Of a DNA stretch of 64,000 nucleotides, positions 1 to 10,297 are shown piece after piece (position 1 is the first letter of the stretch; each line of letters begins with the position of its first letter). Below the pieces are notes generated by a model. The model did no database searches. It worked only from the letters and a program-made list of their open reading frames with translations, and had not been told where the DNA came from. Source of the DNA: Oculatellaceae cyanobacterium bins.114 (GTDB lineage: Bacteria > Cyanobacteriota > Cyanobacteriia > Elainellales > Elainellaceae); NCBI GenBank assembly GCA_033764315.1, contig JANRJA010000092.1, forward strand, positions 13,304 through 77,303, given 5' to 3'. The position numbers and the translations under genes are program-made.

Positions 1-209
1 TGAATTCTCTCCTCCGTCGCTTTGTCGTACGTCCTCTGAGTCGCATGGCACAGGTTGCAGAGGTGGTGAGCACAGGAGATATGGGTGCTGAGTTTGAATA
101 TGCAGCAAAAGATGAGGTGGGTGACATTGCCAAAGCCTTTGACCGCATGAAGGTCAGCTTGAGTATGGCAATGCACATGTTAGAACAGCCGCAAAAGTAT
201 AAGGAGTAA
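1..209 (+). CDS. 3' end of a HAMP-domain membrane protein (partial)
   Basis: Frame 3 reads ...RRFVVRPLSRMAQVAEVVSTGDMGAEFEYAAKDEVGDIAKAFDRMKVSL...* (HAMP pattern); stop at 207-209. Confidence 0.75.
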   Translation, partial: NSLLRRFVVRPLSRMAQVAEVVSTGDMGAEFEYAAKDEVGDIAKAFDRMKVSLSMAMHMLEQPQKYKE

Positions 210-229
210 AAGAGCGCAATGTGAAATTC

Positions 230-500
230 AGGGGTTTAGATCCCTGGTTTCTCGGTACAGAGTTGTTGCAAGCGTGTGAGAACCAGGCATTGGGGGAGTC
301 TCCCCCAAACCCCCATTGGGGGACGCCACTGCCTCCCCCAAACCCCCTAGCAGACGGTGTTTCGATTCACCCAAAGACGCGCTTCGCATCGGTGCCAAGT
401 CCGGGTGTTTCGGGTGAGGGCAAGACCCCTGGCAACGGCTCAAAGTCCCCCAAAGTTAGGAGATTTAGGGGGCTAAGAAGACTTGTAAGCAGACAGTAGG
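230..500. repeat. Intergenic REP/MITE-like repeat patch
   Basis: TCCCCCAAACCCC occurs twice, with G/C-run hairpins such as GTCCCCCAAAGTTAGGAGATTTAGGGGGC, between convergent genes. Confidence 0.5.
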
Positions 501-560
501 ATGGCGACAGCCGGGGATGAATTAGAGGCCCCCTCATGTCCAAACTGGTACTACTGCCTC

Positions 561-2348
561 TCAAGGCAACAGTTTGTGGCGAAATTCTTCGGCAGCTTGG
601 GGTGAGGGAATCTTACTGGCAAGCTTAGCGATTAACTGGTCTTGCGAAAGATGGGGTTCCTGGTTTAAGACGTTGTTTACCAACAACCGCGCCATTGGGC
701 CAATGCAACGCGCCAACTCATATTCACAGGATGCCCGAAACTCTGGGCTAATAGTCGCAGCGGACACTGCCTGTGATGGATGCGATGGAGTCGATGGAGA
801 TAGAGTCGCGTGAGCAAAGGCTGGAGAATGGGATTGAGCCGTTGTCGGAAGCAGGGGAGAGCCTGATTGATCGAGCCTGTTAAGGTCAACTAAAACCTCT
901 TGTGCCGACTGATAGCGGTCTTTGGGTTTGTCAGACAACAGGCGATGCAAAATTGCGGCAAGGCGATCGCCCACCTCCACATATTCTTGCCACTTCCATT
1001 CCAGGGTTTGGGCATCCATCAAATTACCAGGCTCTTGCCCGGTCAATAGCACTAGAGCAGTCACTCCCAATGCATAGAGATCACTACAGGGAAAACATTG
1101 CCCCATACTTAACTGTTCACGAGGGGCATATCCCACCTTCCCAGCAAACGATCCCTGACTTTCACGAGTGGCGCGACCAGAGCTGATAGCGTGCAACTTG
1201 GTCATCGTTTGTTTCACCAACCCAAAGTCAATCAGCATGGGTTGAGTCCGCAGAGTGGGCAACATGATGTTGTCCGGTGAAATATCTCGATGAATAATGC
1301 CCTGGTCATGGATATAAGTCAGAACGGGCAACAGATCCTTAAGCCATTGCACAATTTCATCAGGAGTAAACTTTTTCCCTTCTTTTTGACGCTCTCGTAA
1401 GACCTCAGCATACGTCTTGCCGTTGACGTATTCCTGCACTAAAAACAAGCGTCCATTTTCCTCAAACCATGCCGAAAATTTAGGAATTTGGGGGTGATTG
1501 ATTTGATAGAGAATGCCTGCTTCTTTTTGAAAGAGCTCTCGTGCATTACTAGCCGTGTAACCTGCCGTCCAACGGGGCACAAATTCCTTCAACACACACA
1601 ATTCATCAAATCGTTGGGTATCTACTACCAAATAGGTACGCCCAAATCCACCTTCTCCTAAGGTTCGTTGAACTCGGTAACGATTGACGATCAAGCTATC
1701 AGCTGACAGTTCGTGAGTCTTGTGATCGACCGTTGGTGTCGATCTAACTTCGCCAAAGGTAATGCTATAAGCTGGAATGGGGTTCTGAATGTTTTTGAGT
1801 TCAAGTTCACCGAGATACTCTGCGTTCAACGACAGTTGGTTATTAACCACATCAAAGACGGTCTGCGAAATGCAGATGCCTCCTGGTTTTGCACAGGTTT
1901 GCAACCGAGCCGCAATATTGACCCCATTGCCCATCGCATCTTCTTGACGAAAGAAAACATCGCCTAAATGAATGCCAATGCGATGCAACAAGACATCTGA
2001 TGCAGACAGGCGACTACTAGAGTCAGCGATCGCTTTTTGAATCTCTAAAGCACAAGACACCGCTTGCACGGCACTGGAGAAATACATCATCAGTCCGTCT
2101 CCAGTGGATTTGAGCACTTGCCCCGAAAACTGGACACACAAACGACGCATTAAGCTAATGTCACGGTTCATCAAATCTAACGTGTGTTCTTCGGCAGCAG
2201 ACATGCGGGCACTGAAGTTAACGCCATCTGTAAAGACAATAGCGGCTAGTGTGCGCTGACCACGAATGTCAACCGAAGGAGCATCAGAACTCATAGATAC
2301 GCCAGGGTAAGAGAGTAGATCTAGAGGGGGTATTGTCATGGATCTCAT
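561..2348 (-). CDS. Class III adenylate/guanylate cyclase fused to Ser/Thr protein kinase
   Basis: Cyclase motifs IVFTD, KSTGDG, GVNIAARLQ; kinase motifs LGEGGFG, VLKE, HRDISPDN, DFG. Confidence 0.9.
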   Translation of the reverse strand: MRSMTIPPLDLLSYPGVSMSSDAPSVDIRGQRTLAAIVFTDGVNFSARMSAAEEHTLDLMNRDISLMRRLCVQFSGQVLKSTGDGLMMYFSSAVQAVSCALEIQKAIADSSSRLSASDVLLHRIGIHLGDVFFRQEDAMGNGVNIAARLQTCAKPGGICISQTVFDVVNNQLSLNAEYLGELELKNIQNPIPAYSITFGEVRSTPTVDHKTHELSADSLIVNRYRVQRTLGEGGFGRTYLVVDTQRFDELCVLKEFVPRWTAGYTASNARELFQKEAGILYQINHPQIPKFSAWFEENGRLFLVQEYVNGKTYAEVLRERQKEGKKFTPDEIVQWLKDLLPVLTYIHDQGIIHRDISPDNIMLPTLRTQPMLIDFGLVKQTMTKLHAISSGRATRESQGSFAGKVGYAPREQLSMGQCFPCSDLYALGVTALVLLTGQEPGNLMDAQTLEWKWQEYVEVGDRLAAILHRLLSDKPKDRYQSAQEVLVDLNRLDQSGSPLLPTTAQSHSPAFAHATLSPSTPSHPSQAVSAATISPEFRASCEYELARCIGPMARLLVNNVLNQEPHLSQDQLIAKLASKIPSPQAAEEFRHKLLP

Positions 2349-2540
2349 GACTCTAATAACATCTACAACAGTCGTGATAGTGAACCCTGAGACTTCTAGT
2401 ATATACGGAAGTTTATAAAGCAGAGGAATAGAAGCCGTTGCTACTTTAGGGCAACAGAGTTGTTAGAAATACGCCTTGACGAAATTCATCCACTCAGCAA
2501 CACCCAGAAGAATGTTGATTGTTGAACCAATCTTCTCCTG

Positions 2541-3458
2541 CTATGGATTTTCTACAGCTAAAACCGCTGGGATTTCGCGAACATTTGCCTCAATTGGCTC
2601 AACTTTTTGAATAAATTCAATCAGATGAGCATAGCTCGGTGCATCACCTGTAGGGATATAACCCGCATCTGAGGCAATATCAGAGGTGGCTTGACTGAGA
2701 GCCTGACGAATCACCTGTTCTTGATTGCGATCGACCATCGGACTCAACAACACAGCCCCCGGTGGAATGGCACGGCTCTGGTGAATCACCTTTAGCTCGG
2801 CATTGACCTCAAACTCATATTGCTCTAGTTGGGTTTGGGACAAAGCAGCGGCATCAATCTTGCCCTCTGCTAGCCAGGTCAATGCAGTTTTGGGGGTTGG
2901 GGCAAAGCGAATCTCAGCTAGCGTCAGCCCATACAAATCGTAAAGTGGTAAGTAATAGCCAGCGGCTGATCCCTGCTCTCCTAATGCCAGAACTCGATTT
3001 TGCAAATCTTTTAACTGGCTGATGCCACTGTCTGCTCGCACCACCAACACCGACATTTCAGTGCCCTGACTTTCCAGGGGAAGGATGGGAATATATTGCT
3101 CTTGATCGATGGCGATCGCGGCTAAACCGGGAGGGGCAAACACAATCGACCAGGACTGCCGCCGAATCTGCTCTAACGCTTGAATCTCGTTATAGACTGG
3201 CTCTAACTCAATCACGGCCCCAGTTTGTTCACCCAGATATTGCTTAAAGCGATCGTACTTTTCGAGGGATGCACTGCCCTCGCCATAGCTGACGATGCCC
3301 ACGGTAAGTTTGCTGATAGGGGTTTCAGGTTCAGTGGCGCATCCGGTGATTAGCAATGGGACACTCAATACGGTGGAGGTGACGAGTGTGATCAACCCAG
3401 ATAGGATTCCACGCTGAAAACGAAGACGGGTGTTTCTTGAACCCTGGATAGTGCTCAT
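2541..3458 (-). CDS. PhnD/SsuA-type substrate-binding (lipo)protein
   Basis: Signal peptide with lipobox-like ITGC; LALGEQGSAAGYYLP motif of the phosphonate-binding family. Confidence 0.8.
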   Translation of the reverse strand: MSTIQGSRNTRLRFQRGILSGLITLVTSTVLSVPLLITGCATEPETPISKLTVGIVSYGEGSASLEKYDRFKQYLGEQTGAVIELEPVYNEIQALEQIRRQSWSIVFAPPGLAAIAIDQEQYIPILPLESQGTEMSVLVVRADSGISQLKDLQNRVLALGEQGSAAGYYLPLYDLYGLTLAEIRFAPTPKTALTWLAEGKIDAAALSQTQLEQYEFEVNAELKVIHQSRAIPPGAVLLSPMVDRNQEQVIRQALSQATSDIASDAGYIPTGDAPSYAHLIEFIQKVEPIEANVREIPAVLAVENP

Positions 3459-3707
3459 CGGTATTCAATCAACTGAAGATCAACAAATTTGCCCTGGCGA
3501 TGTGACTACTCTATAGCGATCGCCCCTGATCTCTGAAATTCTTTAAGAATCTTCCCAGAACCGGGTTAACCACGCCCTGGTTTTAGACGAAATCAGGGAA
3601 CGAAACTAGAATTTAAGTGCCGTGATTCTTGAGTGGGGTTTGGGAAACTAAACCGCTGGTTGGGAGTGGGGCGATCACCATTGAAATTGTTATGGGGGAG
3701 CTGTTGT

Positions 3708-4061
3708 ATGCATCAAAGTCAACTGGCGGGTCTGATCATTGACTGCCAAACCGATGACCTGGATCAAGCGGCTGAATTTTGGAGTCAAGCCCTTGGTCTT
3801 ACATTGAAACCTTCAATAGACCCCGCAGAAGATCAGTATCGAGCCTTGGCAACAGAACCCAACAAACCCTATATCGAAGTGCAAAAGGTCGAGCATCCCA
3901 GTCGAGTGCACATCGACATCGAAACCAATGATGTGGAGGCAGAGGTGCAGCGACTAGAGGGATTGGGTGCCACTCGTGTGACACACGTGCGAACTTGGTG
4001 GGTGATGGAGGCTCCGACAGGACATCGGTTCTGCGTGGTGCCGATGAAAGCTGATTTGTAG
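3708..4061 (+). CDS. VOC/glyoxalase-like protein
   Basis: IIDC..D...AAEFWSQALG, RVHIDIE, APTGHRFCVV; ATG at 3708. Confidence 0.85.
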   Translation: MHQSQLAGLIIDCQTDDLDQAAEFWSQALGLTLKPSIDPAEDQYRALATEPNKPYIEVQKVEHPSRVHIDIETNDVEAEVQRLEGLGATRVTHVRTWWVMEAPTGHRFCVVPMKADL

Positions 4062-4092
4062 AACCTACCCTTTTTCGCTTGCGATCGCTCCG

Positions 4093-4851
4093 TCACCCAT
4101 CAGACGGATTGTCAAGATGTAATTGGTCTTGCTCCCATAAAAGGGGATTGTTTTGAATGTATTGCCGAATGAATTTCAAGGCTTTTTCATCCCGAATGAT
4201 GCGATCGTAGTAGTCGCGTTGCCACAAGGGAACCCCCCTGATCTGACGCATTTGATTAATCCGTCGTGTTGTAATCGATTTGAAATTGAGAACGATCGCA
4301 CCTATTGATCCTTTTGTTAACCGGGGTGGTAGGGGTGCGGCATTCGGCAATTTGTCTTTGAGTTTGTGCGATCGCCCTTGCCCGAATGCCACACCCGGAT
4401 TGGGCGATCGCTTGGGTTGGGGTGCGGCATTCGGCAATTTGTCTTTGAGTTTGTGCGATCGCCCTTGTCCGAATGCCACACCCGAATTGGGCGATCGGTT
4501 GGGTTGGGGTGTGGCATTGGAATTTAGGTTTTCGGTGAGGGTTGATGAACTGTGATCCAATGCCGCACCCCTACAGGGTGGTTCGGTTATGACCAAAATG
4601 CCGTGAAGATGGTTGGGCATGACCACAAACATGTCTAATTTAAGGTTTGGAAAATGAGATGGTAATCGTTGCCAATGGGCATCCACTAATTTCCCAAATT
4701 CGTTCAATTGCATCTCACCGTTGACAATTTCCCCAAACAAACATTCTCGTTGATGCACACAAAGGGTAATGAAATAGGCTCCGGGCGATGTGTAATCGTG
4801 TCCCTTTAACCGAATCGATCGCCTGTGATGTTTATCTGGGTTATATTTCAC
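4093..4851 (-). mobile_element. REP-associated tyrosine (HUH/Y1) transposase, RAYT
   Basis: HHRRSIRLKGHDY, YFITLC, VMPNHLHGI (HUH), WQRDYYDRIIRDE, YIQNNP. Confidence 0.9.
4329..4574. repeat. In-frame REP array inside the RAYT gene (87-bp period)
   Basis: GGGGTG(C/T)GGCATT units start at 4332, 4419 and 4506, each paired with an inverted AATGCC(A/G)CACCC; outer ends are GTAGGGG...CCCCTAC. Confidence 0.85.
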
Positions 4852-4933
4852 GAAATTCTACCAACGCTTTTAATTTGTAGAATTCCCCGATCACACTGTT
4901 TCTCACATTGATGATGTTTGCAAGAACGGTTTT

Positions 4934-4975
4934 GTAGGGGCGGTTTTGTAAGGGCGGTTCGCGAACCGCCCCTAC
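4934..4975. repeat. REP palindrome upstream of RAYT
   Basis: GTAGGGGCGGTT..GTAAGGGCGGTTCGCGAACCGCCCCTAC. Confidence 0.8.
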
Positions 4976-5045
4976 GGGGTTCCACACCCGATCGCCCCTC
5001 ACCTCCACCTCCCCGGTTGCTCCAAGCGACCGGGGAGGTAAACCC

Positions 5046-7814
5046 CTACTCGCCACACCCGATCGGTGCCCCAATCTCTTCTCGAATCGCCACACACTGC
5101 GCTCGAAACTCCTGCGCTCGATCGGGTTGACCCAACCCCCGATAAACAACACCAAGCCAACCCAGCGTAAACCCCTCACCCAATCGATCGCCCACCTCAC
5201 GACGAATGACAAGTGCCTGTTCTAGATAACTCAATGCCTGCTCATACTGCCTCTGGTCAGCATAAACAGTGCCAATGTTGCTGAGGGTTCTCCCTTCACT
5301 AAGACGATCGCCCACTTCACGAGTAATGGCAAGGGATTGTTGGTAATAATCGAGTGCCTGTGGGTATTGCCTTTGACTCCAATAAATTCCCCCAATGTTA
5401 TTGAGGGTGACTCCTTCTCCAGGGCGATCGCCCACCTCACGAGCAATGGCAAGGGCTTGTTGGTAATAGTCGAGTGCCTGCGGATATTGCCCTTGATTGT
5501 TGTAAACCAGTCCAATGTTGTTGAGGATAACTCCTTCACTAAGGCGACTCTCCTGCGGAAACGCTTCGCGAACGCTCACTTCCTGAGTAATGACAAGGGC
5601 TTGTTGGTAATACTCTAATGCTTGCAGATACTGCCCTTGATTAGCATAAACCAACCCAAGGTCACTGAGGGTAGTGCCTTCTGCCTGACGATTTCCCTGT
5701 GCTTGAAAGCCTTTGAGAGCCTGTTCATAGGTTTCTAATGCTTCGGGGTAACGTCCCCGTGCTAAAAGAGCAACGCCAAGCCCATAGAGGCTCTGAGTTT
5801 CAACCGATTGTTCGCCAATCACGCTTCCAGCAGCATCTAAAAAGCGACGATAGGCATCGTTGATATTGCTAATGTCATCGGTAGAAAACAAATCAGTTCC
5901 AGCACCTCGTAGTCGAGGGATGATGGTGTCAAAGATTTCTCTGCCCTGACTCATGGCGGCGACGGCTTCTCCAGTGCGGCGTTCGGCTTCGTCAGCACGG
6001 GCGGTGACTTCTTCTAGACGCTCGGTAGCTTCATTGGCACGGGCGGTGGTAGTGACTAAACGGTCTTCGGCTTGTCGGGCTTGTGTTTCGATGGTCTGTC
6101 GTTGTCGGTTGGCGTTTGCCAGATCGGTTTTGGTGGCGTTGAGTTGTCGGGTGGTGGCTTGTAGTTGTTGTTGAGCAGTGGTGCGTTCGCGTTCTGCCCG
6201 TGCGGTGATTTGCTCCAATTGGTCTTGGGCTTCTGCGGTTTTTTGTTCAGCGGTTTCTCGCTCTGCGCTGACTCGCTTCAGTTCTGCGACTGCCTCGGCT
6301 TCATTTTGTAGGGCATTTGTGAGTCGGGCTTCGGTGGCATCGGCTTCAGCAGAAAGTTGGGTGGCGCGATTTTCTACAATGTCCAGTTCTCGAAATGACC
6401 AGAGTGCGGCTCCCGCTGCAACCAGGAGTGAGATCGCCAAAATCTCTAAACTAATGCGGTTGCGGCGATTGGCTTTGCGAGTAGCGGCTTCTAAGATCTG
6501 CTTGGCTTCGGTTTCTTGGGCGAGTGCCGCTTCCATGTCGCGGGTGGCGAGTTCTTGGCTGGCTCTCAAGAAGTCGTTGTCGTCCTGGCTCAGGTTTTTG
6601 CCCTGCGACCACTCGACGGCTTCCTGCAATGCCTGTCCGCGCAACAGGCGGGACTCGTCGGTGCGGTCTGAGGCAAGCCAGATGCTAATGGCTTCGGCGT
6701 AGGGGCGCAGTTTTGCCAGTGCCTCTTCGACCCAGGCAGCGTCAAACACGGCGGCATAGATGGGGTTATAGAGCTTGAGGGTTTGCTGCTGTTCGACCAC
6801 CAGACCAGAGAGGCGCAGTTCCATCTGTTCCTCACTGCCATCAGCAGCAATTTCGCCCTGTTGCAAAATCTGCTGATAGAGTCCGAGCAGTTGTCCGGTG
6901 CGTTGTTCGCTGGCACGGAGGCGATCGCGAATGGTTCGCAGATGCACGGGTTCGTCCTGCGATTCCCAGTTGGTGATGAGGCGATCGCGCACGAGTTGAG
7001 CCACAACAGCGGCTTCCTCACCAGGGGGAATGGCATCGGGCAGGGTGAGCACCCGTTGACACAGTTTTTGGGTGAGGAAGGGTTGTCCCCCCGTCCATTC
7101 TAAAATCGCAGCTAATACGGCTTGGGGATTGGTGGTTTTTGTCGTCAGTCCTGCTGCCAGGGGAGCGACTTCGTGGGGTTGAAAGCCGTTGAGGGCGATC
7201 GCTCTGCCAATGTTGAACTGAGTGCGGCTCTTGTCGGCAATCAGATCCGAGGGAGTGGCAACCCCTAAAAGCACAAACGATAGCCGTTGATAACGGGGAT
7301 CATCCACCCGCCGATTATAGAAGGAACGGATCAGAGCAAAGAAATCGTCCTTAAAGTCGAGCTTAAAGATGCTGTCGATCTCGTCAATAAACAGGGCGAT
7401 CGGTTGGGCAATGTCGCCGAGGAGGACGGCATCAATAAACTTGCCAAATTTCTGCACTGGGGAGAGCAACCGTTCCTGCTCCCACCACTCCACCAGGTCG
7501 ATGTGGGTCAGGTGCAGCTTGTGGATCAGCGTATCGATCAACCCGCCATACCACTGCTCGTTAGTGATGTTCTTCGTACCAATTCCCGTAATATCGATGT
7601 CAGCACAAGCAAAGCCCTCTTGCTGCAACCGTCGCATGGTTCGCACCCGCAAGCTCGACTTGCCCATCTGCCGCGAGTTCAACACATAGCAAAATTCTCC
7701 CGCTTTCAGGGCGGTATATAAGTCCTGGTCTGCCTGACGTTCGACATAGCTAGGGGCATCCACGGGCAGACTGCCCCCAACCCGATATTCGTATGGGGTC
7801 GAGTGGTTGTTCAT
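5046..7814 (-). CDS. AAA_35-type NTPase, TM helix, coiled coil and TPR repeats
   Basis: SRQMGKSS Walker A, LFIDEID Walker [23 protein letters not shown]-terminal TPRs; ATG at 7814 overlaps the upstream TGA (ATGA). Confidence 0.85.
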   Translation of the reverse strand: MNNHSTPYEYRVGGSLPVDAPSYVERQADQDLYTALKAGEFCYVLNSRQMGKSSLRVRTMRRLQQEGFACADIDITGIGTKNITNEQWYGGLIDTLIHKLHLTHIDLVEWWEQERLLSPVQKFGKFIDAVLLGDIAQPIALFIDEIDSIFKLDFKDDFFALIRSFYNRRVDDPRYQRLSFVLLGVATPSDLIADKSRTQFNIGRAIALNGFQPHEVAPLAAGLTTKTTNPQAVLAAILEWTGGQPFLTQKLCQRVLTLPDAIPPGEEAAVVAQLVRDRLITNWESQDEPVHLRTIRDRLRASEQRTGQLLGLYQQILQQGEIAADGSEEQMELRLSGLVVEQQQTLKLYNPIYAAVFDAAWVEEALAKLRPYAEAISIWLASDRTDESRLLRGQALQEAVEWSQGKNLSQDDNDFLRASQELATRDMEAALAQETEAKQILEAATRKANRRNRISLEILAISLLVAAGAALWSFRELDIVENRATQLSAEADATEARLTNALQNEAEAVAELKRVSAERETAEQKTAEAQDQLEQITARAERERTTAQQQLQATTRQLNATKTDLANANRQRQTIETQARQAEDRLVTTTARANEATERLEEVTARADEAERRTGEAVAAMSQGREIFDTIIPRLRGAGTDLFSTDDISNINDAYRRFLDAAGSVIGEQSVETQSLYGLGVALLARGRYPEALETYEQALKGFQAQGNRQAEGTTLSDLGLVYANQGQYLQALEYYQQALVITQEVSVREAFPQESRLSEGVILNNIGLVYNNQGQYPQALDYYQQALAIAREVGDRPGEGVTLNNIGGIYWSQRQYPQALDYYQQSLAITREVGDRLSEGRTLSNIGTVYADQRQYEQALSYLEQALVIRREVGDRLGEGFTLGWLGVVYRGLGQPDRAQEFRAQCVAIREEIGAPIGCGE

Positions 7815-9376
7815 GACCGTCCCCCCAATCGTTTGGCAAAATACAGGCGATAGAGGTGACACAGGGCAATCACTTCATCATCCTGCAAGCGTACTAAACC
7901 CATACTGTGCAACCGAAAACCCAGTTTTGGCTCCAGTCCGACGGCTCCCGGTGTGCTCACCACCTGCTTCATGGCCGTTGCCAGTTGCGGGTCGCTGTGC
8001 AGGTTTTCCAGGTGTCGCCGCAGGTGATCCCCATACAGCCCCGCTTCGGTAGGAGCCGTTTGCAAAAAGCGTTCCAGCGTCATGCCTCGTGCCATCTCAT
8101 ACAACGCCTTTCGCACCAGATAGGGATGCCCCGACACCATCTCTAGCAGTTGGGCGATCTGCGGCTCTGACCATCTCAAGCCATGCTGCTGCACCAGATG
8201 GATCACCTGTTGGGAGGTGAACTCTGGCAACTCCGTCGGCAACCCCACGTTAAACGGCGAGTGCTCCACATTCAGGGGAATGTAGACCTCCCTGGAGTGG
8301 GCGATCACCAACCCTAACCGCTGCCAGGTGGGGTCGTTTTTGCTCATCTCGTGCCATGCCCGCAGCAACCCAAAAAAGTCCTGCGCTACATCCAGATGTT
8401 GAAACACCTGATCCACTTCATCCAGTCCCAGGGTCAGGGGTTGCTGAATCGTCGGCAACAGATAGCGTTGAAAGTAGTTGGTGCAGTTGCTCTTGCTGCC
8501 CAACATTGGTTTCCACACTTCGGCGAGACGGTCATCCAGATTTAGCTCGTTGGCGACACTGGCACAGAACCACTGCAACAGGCGATCGATGCTGGTGAGG
8601 GAGTCGCCATCCACCAGTTGCAGATTGAGGCAGACAGTGCGGTGTCCATGCTCGCGCGATCGCTGCAAAATCCGCTGCATCAAGGAGGTCTTGCCCCACT
8701 GTCGGGGAGCTTTGATGCGAATCAGTGCTCCCGGTTTGACAATCTCGGCATAACAGTTGGCCTCAATCGGCGGACGCTCGACGTATAGAGGGGAATTTAA
8801 GCCAACGGAACCCTCTGGCAGGTCGAGGCGATCGGGCGGGATGACAGTGATGGCTTCCGAGAGGTCTAGAGATTGAATTGGCTTTCGTTCAGAGGATGGC
8901 TTTTGCGGTCGGGTAGCAATTGTCTCTGCGGCTTCCCGAATCCCCTTGGCGATGTTGAGAAACGCCTCATCCCGATTGTTCCATTTAGTAACAGGCTTGG
9001 CATCCTTGGGAAACGCCTGTAATTTGGCAAAGGGCGCACTACTCCAGTCCACAGGCTTGAGAATAATCGGAATGACACAGGCTTCGCCTGCTTCGTGCCG
9101 ATCCATTGCCCGTTGCATCTCGATCCCGTAGCAATAGTCCGATGCTAGAAACTGGTCACTGATCAGCAACAGAATGATATCCGCCGAGTTTAGCTTGTCG
9201 TCGATCGCCCCTGCCCACTCGGAGCCTGCCGTAATCTTGCGATCGTGCCACGCCTGAATCACCTCCTGCCGCCGCAACAGCGATAGATGCGAGTCCAATC
9301 TTTCTCGCAACTTTTCATCTCGATGCGAGTAAGAAATAAAAACCTCAACGGGTCTAGCCAGTGAGTTCATAGCCAA
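7811..9376 (-). CDS. TIR domain + AAA_35-type NTPase
   Basis: VFISYSHRD...SDYCYGIEM (TIR with catalytic-position Glu); [16 protein letters not shown]. Confidence 0.9.
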   Translation of the reverse strand: MAMNSLARPVEVFISYSHRDEKLRERLDSHLSLLRRQEVIQAWHDRKITAGSEWAGAIDDKLNSADIILLLISDQFLASDYCYGIEMQRAMDRHEAGEACVIPIILKPVDWSSAPFAKLQAFPKDAKPVTKWNNRDEAFLNIAKGIREAAETIATRPQKPSSERKPIQSLDLSEAITVIPPDRLDLPEGSVGLNSPLYVERPPIEANCYAEIVKPGALIRIKAPRQWGKTSLMQRILQRSREHGHRTVCLNLQLVDGDSLTSIDRLLQWFCASVANELNLDDRLAEVWKPMLGSKSNCTNYFQRYLLPTIQQPLTLGLDEVDQVFQHLDVAQDFFGLLRAWHEMSKNDPTWQRLGLVIAHSREVYIPLNVEHSPFNVGLPTELPEFTSQQVIHLVQQHGLRWSEPQIAQLLEMVSGHPYLVRKALYEMARGMTLERFLQTAPTEAGLYGDHLRRHLENLHSDPQLATAMKQVVSTPGAVGLEPKLGFRLHSMGLVRLQDDEVIALCHLYRLYFAKRLGGRS

Positions 9377-10297
9377 TATTTGACAGTCTGTGCTTTCAGA
9401 ATATCAATATTTTGTGGTTGAGGCTATTTTATTGAGGGCGATCGCTCTACCACACTTGACTATGTTGGAGAAATTGAGAAGTGAGCAAAGTCAGCATGAA
9501 CTGTCTGGGGGGTTATCCAGGATAGATCACCCCCTCCAAAAAAGGTCGAGAAAAAGAGACCGTTTAACTTTAACGAATCAGTGGTGCGGAAGTTTAAACC
9601 TTCTTCTTGAGCAACAGCGGTGCCATCAAACCACACCTACACCTGACCGTTATTCCTACCAGGCTCGTTTAAGGTAACTTGTTGCTCAATGTGGTGCCAA
9701 ACTCCGGGTCTAAATTGCCAAGCCCCGCGATCGATCGATGTGCCATGATCCTGGCTAGTTGGCAGATAGGCGTAAATCTCACCCTGTCCGCCAGTTCGCC
9801 ACATATATCGGGTAGAAAACCCATTAGATATTCTGCAATCTGTGGTGACAAGCCCTCCAACACAACCTGTTATCCTAGTGCTGACAACATCTCACCCTGC
9901 ATTGCCCATTGTGATTTAGAATACAGAACTTCCATATCAGGATACGTAATCTACATTTAATTTAATTTTCTAGGCACTAACTCAAGTATTAATTCTCAGG
10001 TTTTATTGATTTAGAGCAATTTTATAGTTTGCTCATTATACGTATTGTTCCTGTTCATCTTCGTGCAGTAACGACAGTTGCTAAAGCTCACTGTTTGTTG
10101 GGTCAACTATTGATTTTGAGTTGTTGAATTGTACTTTTTGGGACGCAGCGTAGTAGCTGCTCTTTTTCCCATTGAGGTCTATTTTTGCGTTCAAGTTTCT
10201 TCTAATTTGCAGTATGCGGTGGGTTAGGCAGAGATGCTGCCTTGTTTATGCTGCAAGCTTTTAGCTGTTTTCTATGTTGATTGCAAAGAGGTAAGTA

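Noticed and set aside
5953..7721. Long antisense/alternate-frame ORFs
   Set aside because: Shadows of the GC-rich coiled-coil/AAA gene.
9390..10290. Short ORFs or a riboswitch upstream of the amidase
   Set aside because: No family motifs, riboswitch consensus or clean NtcA GTA-N8-TAC site recognised; an Infernal/Rfam scan would be needed.
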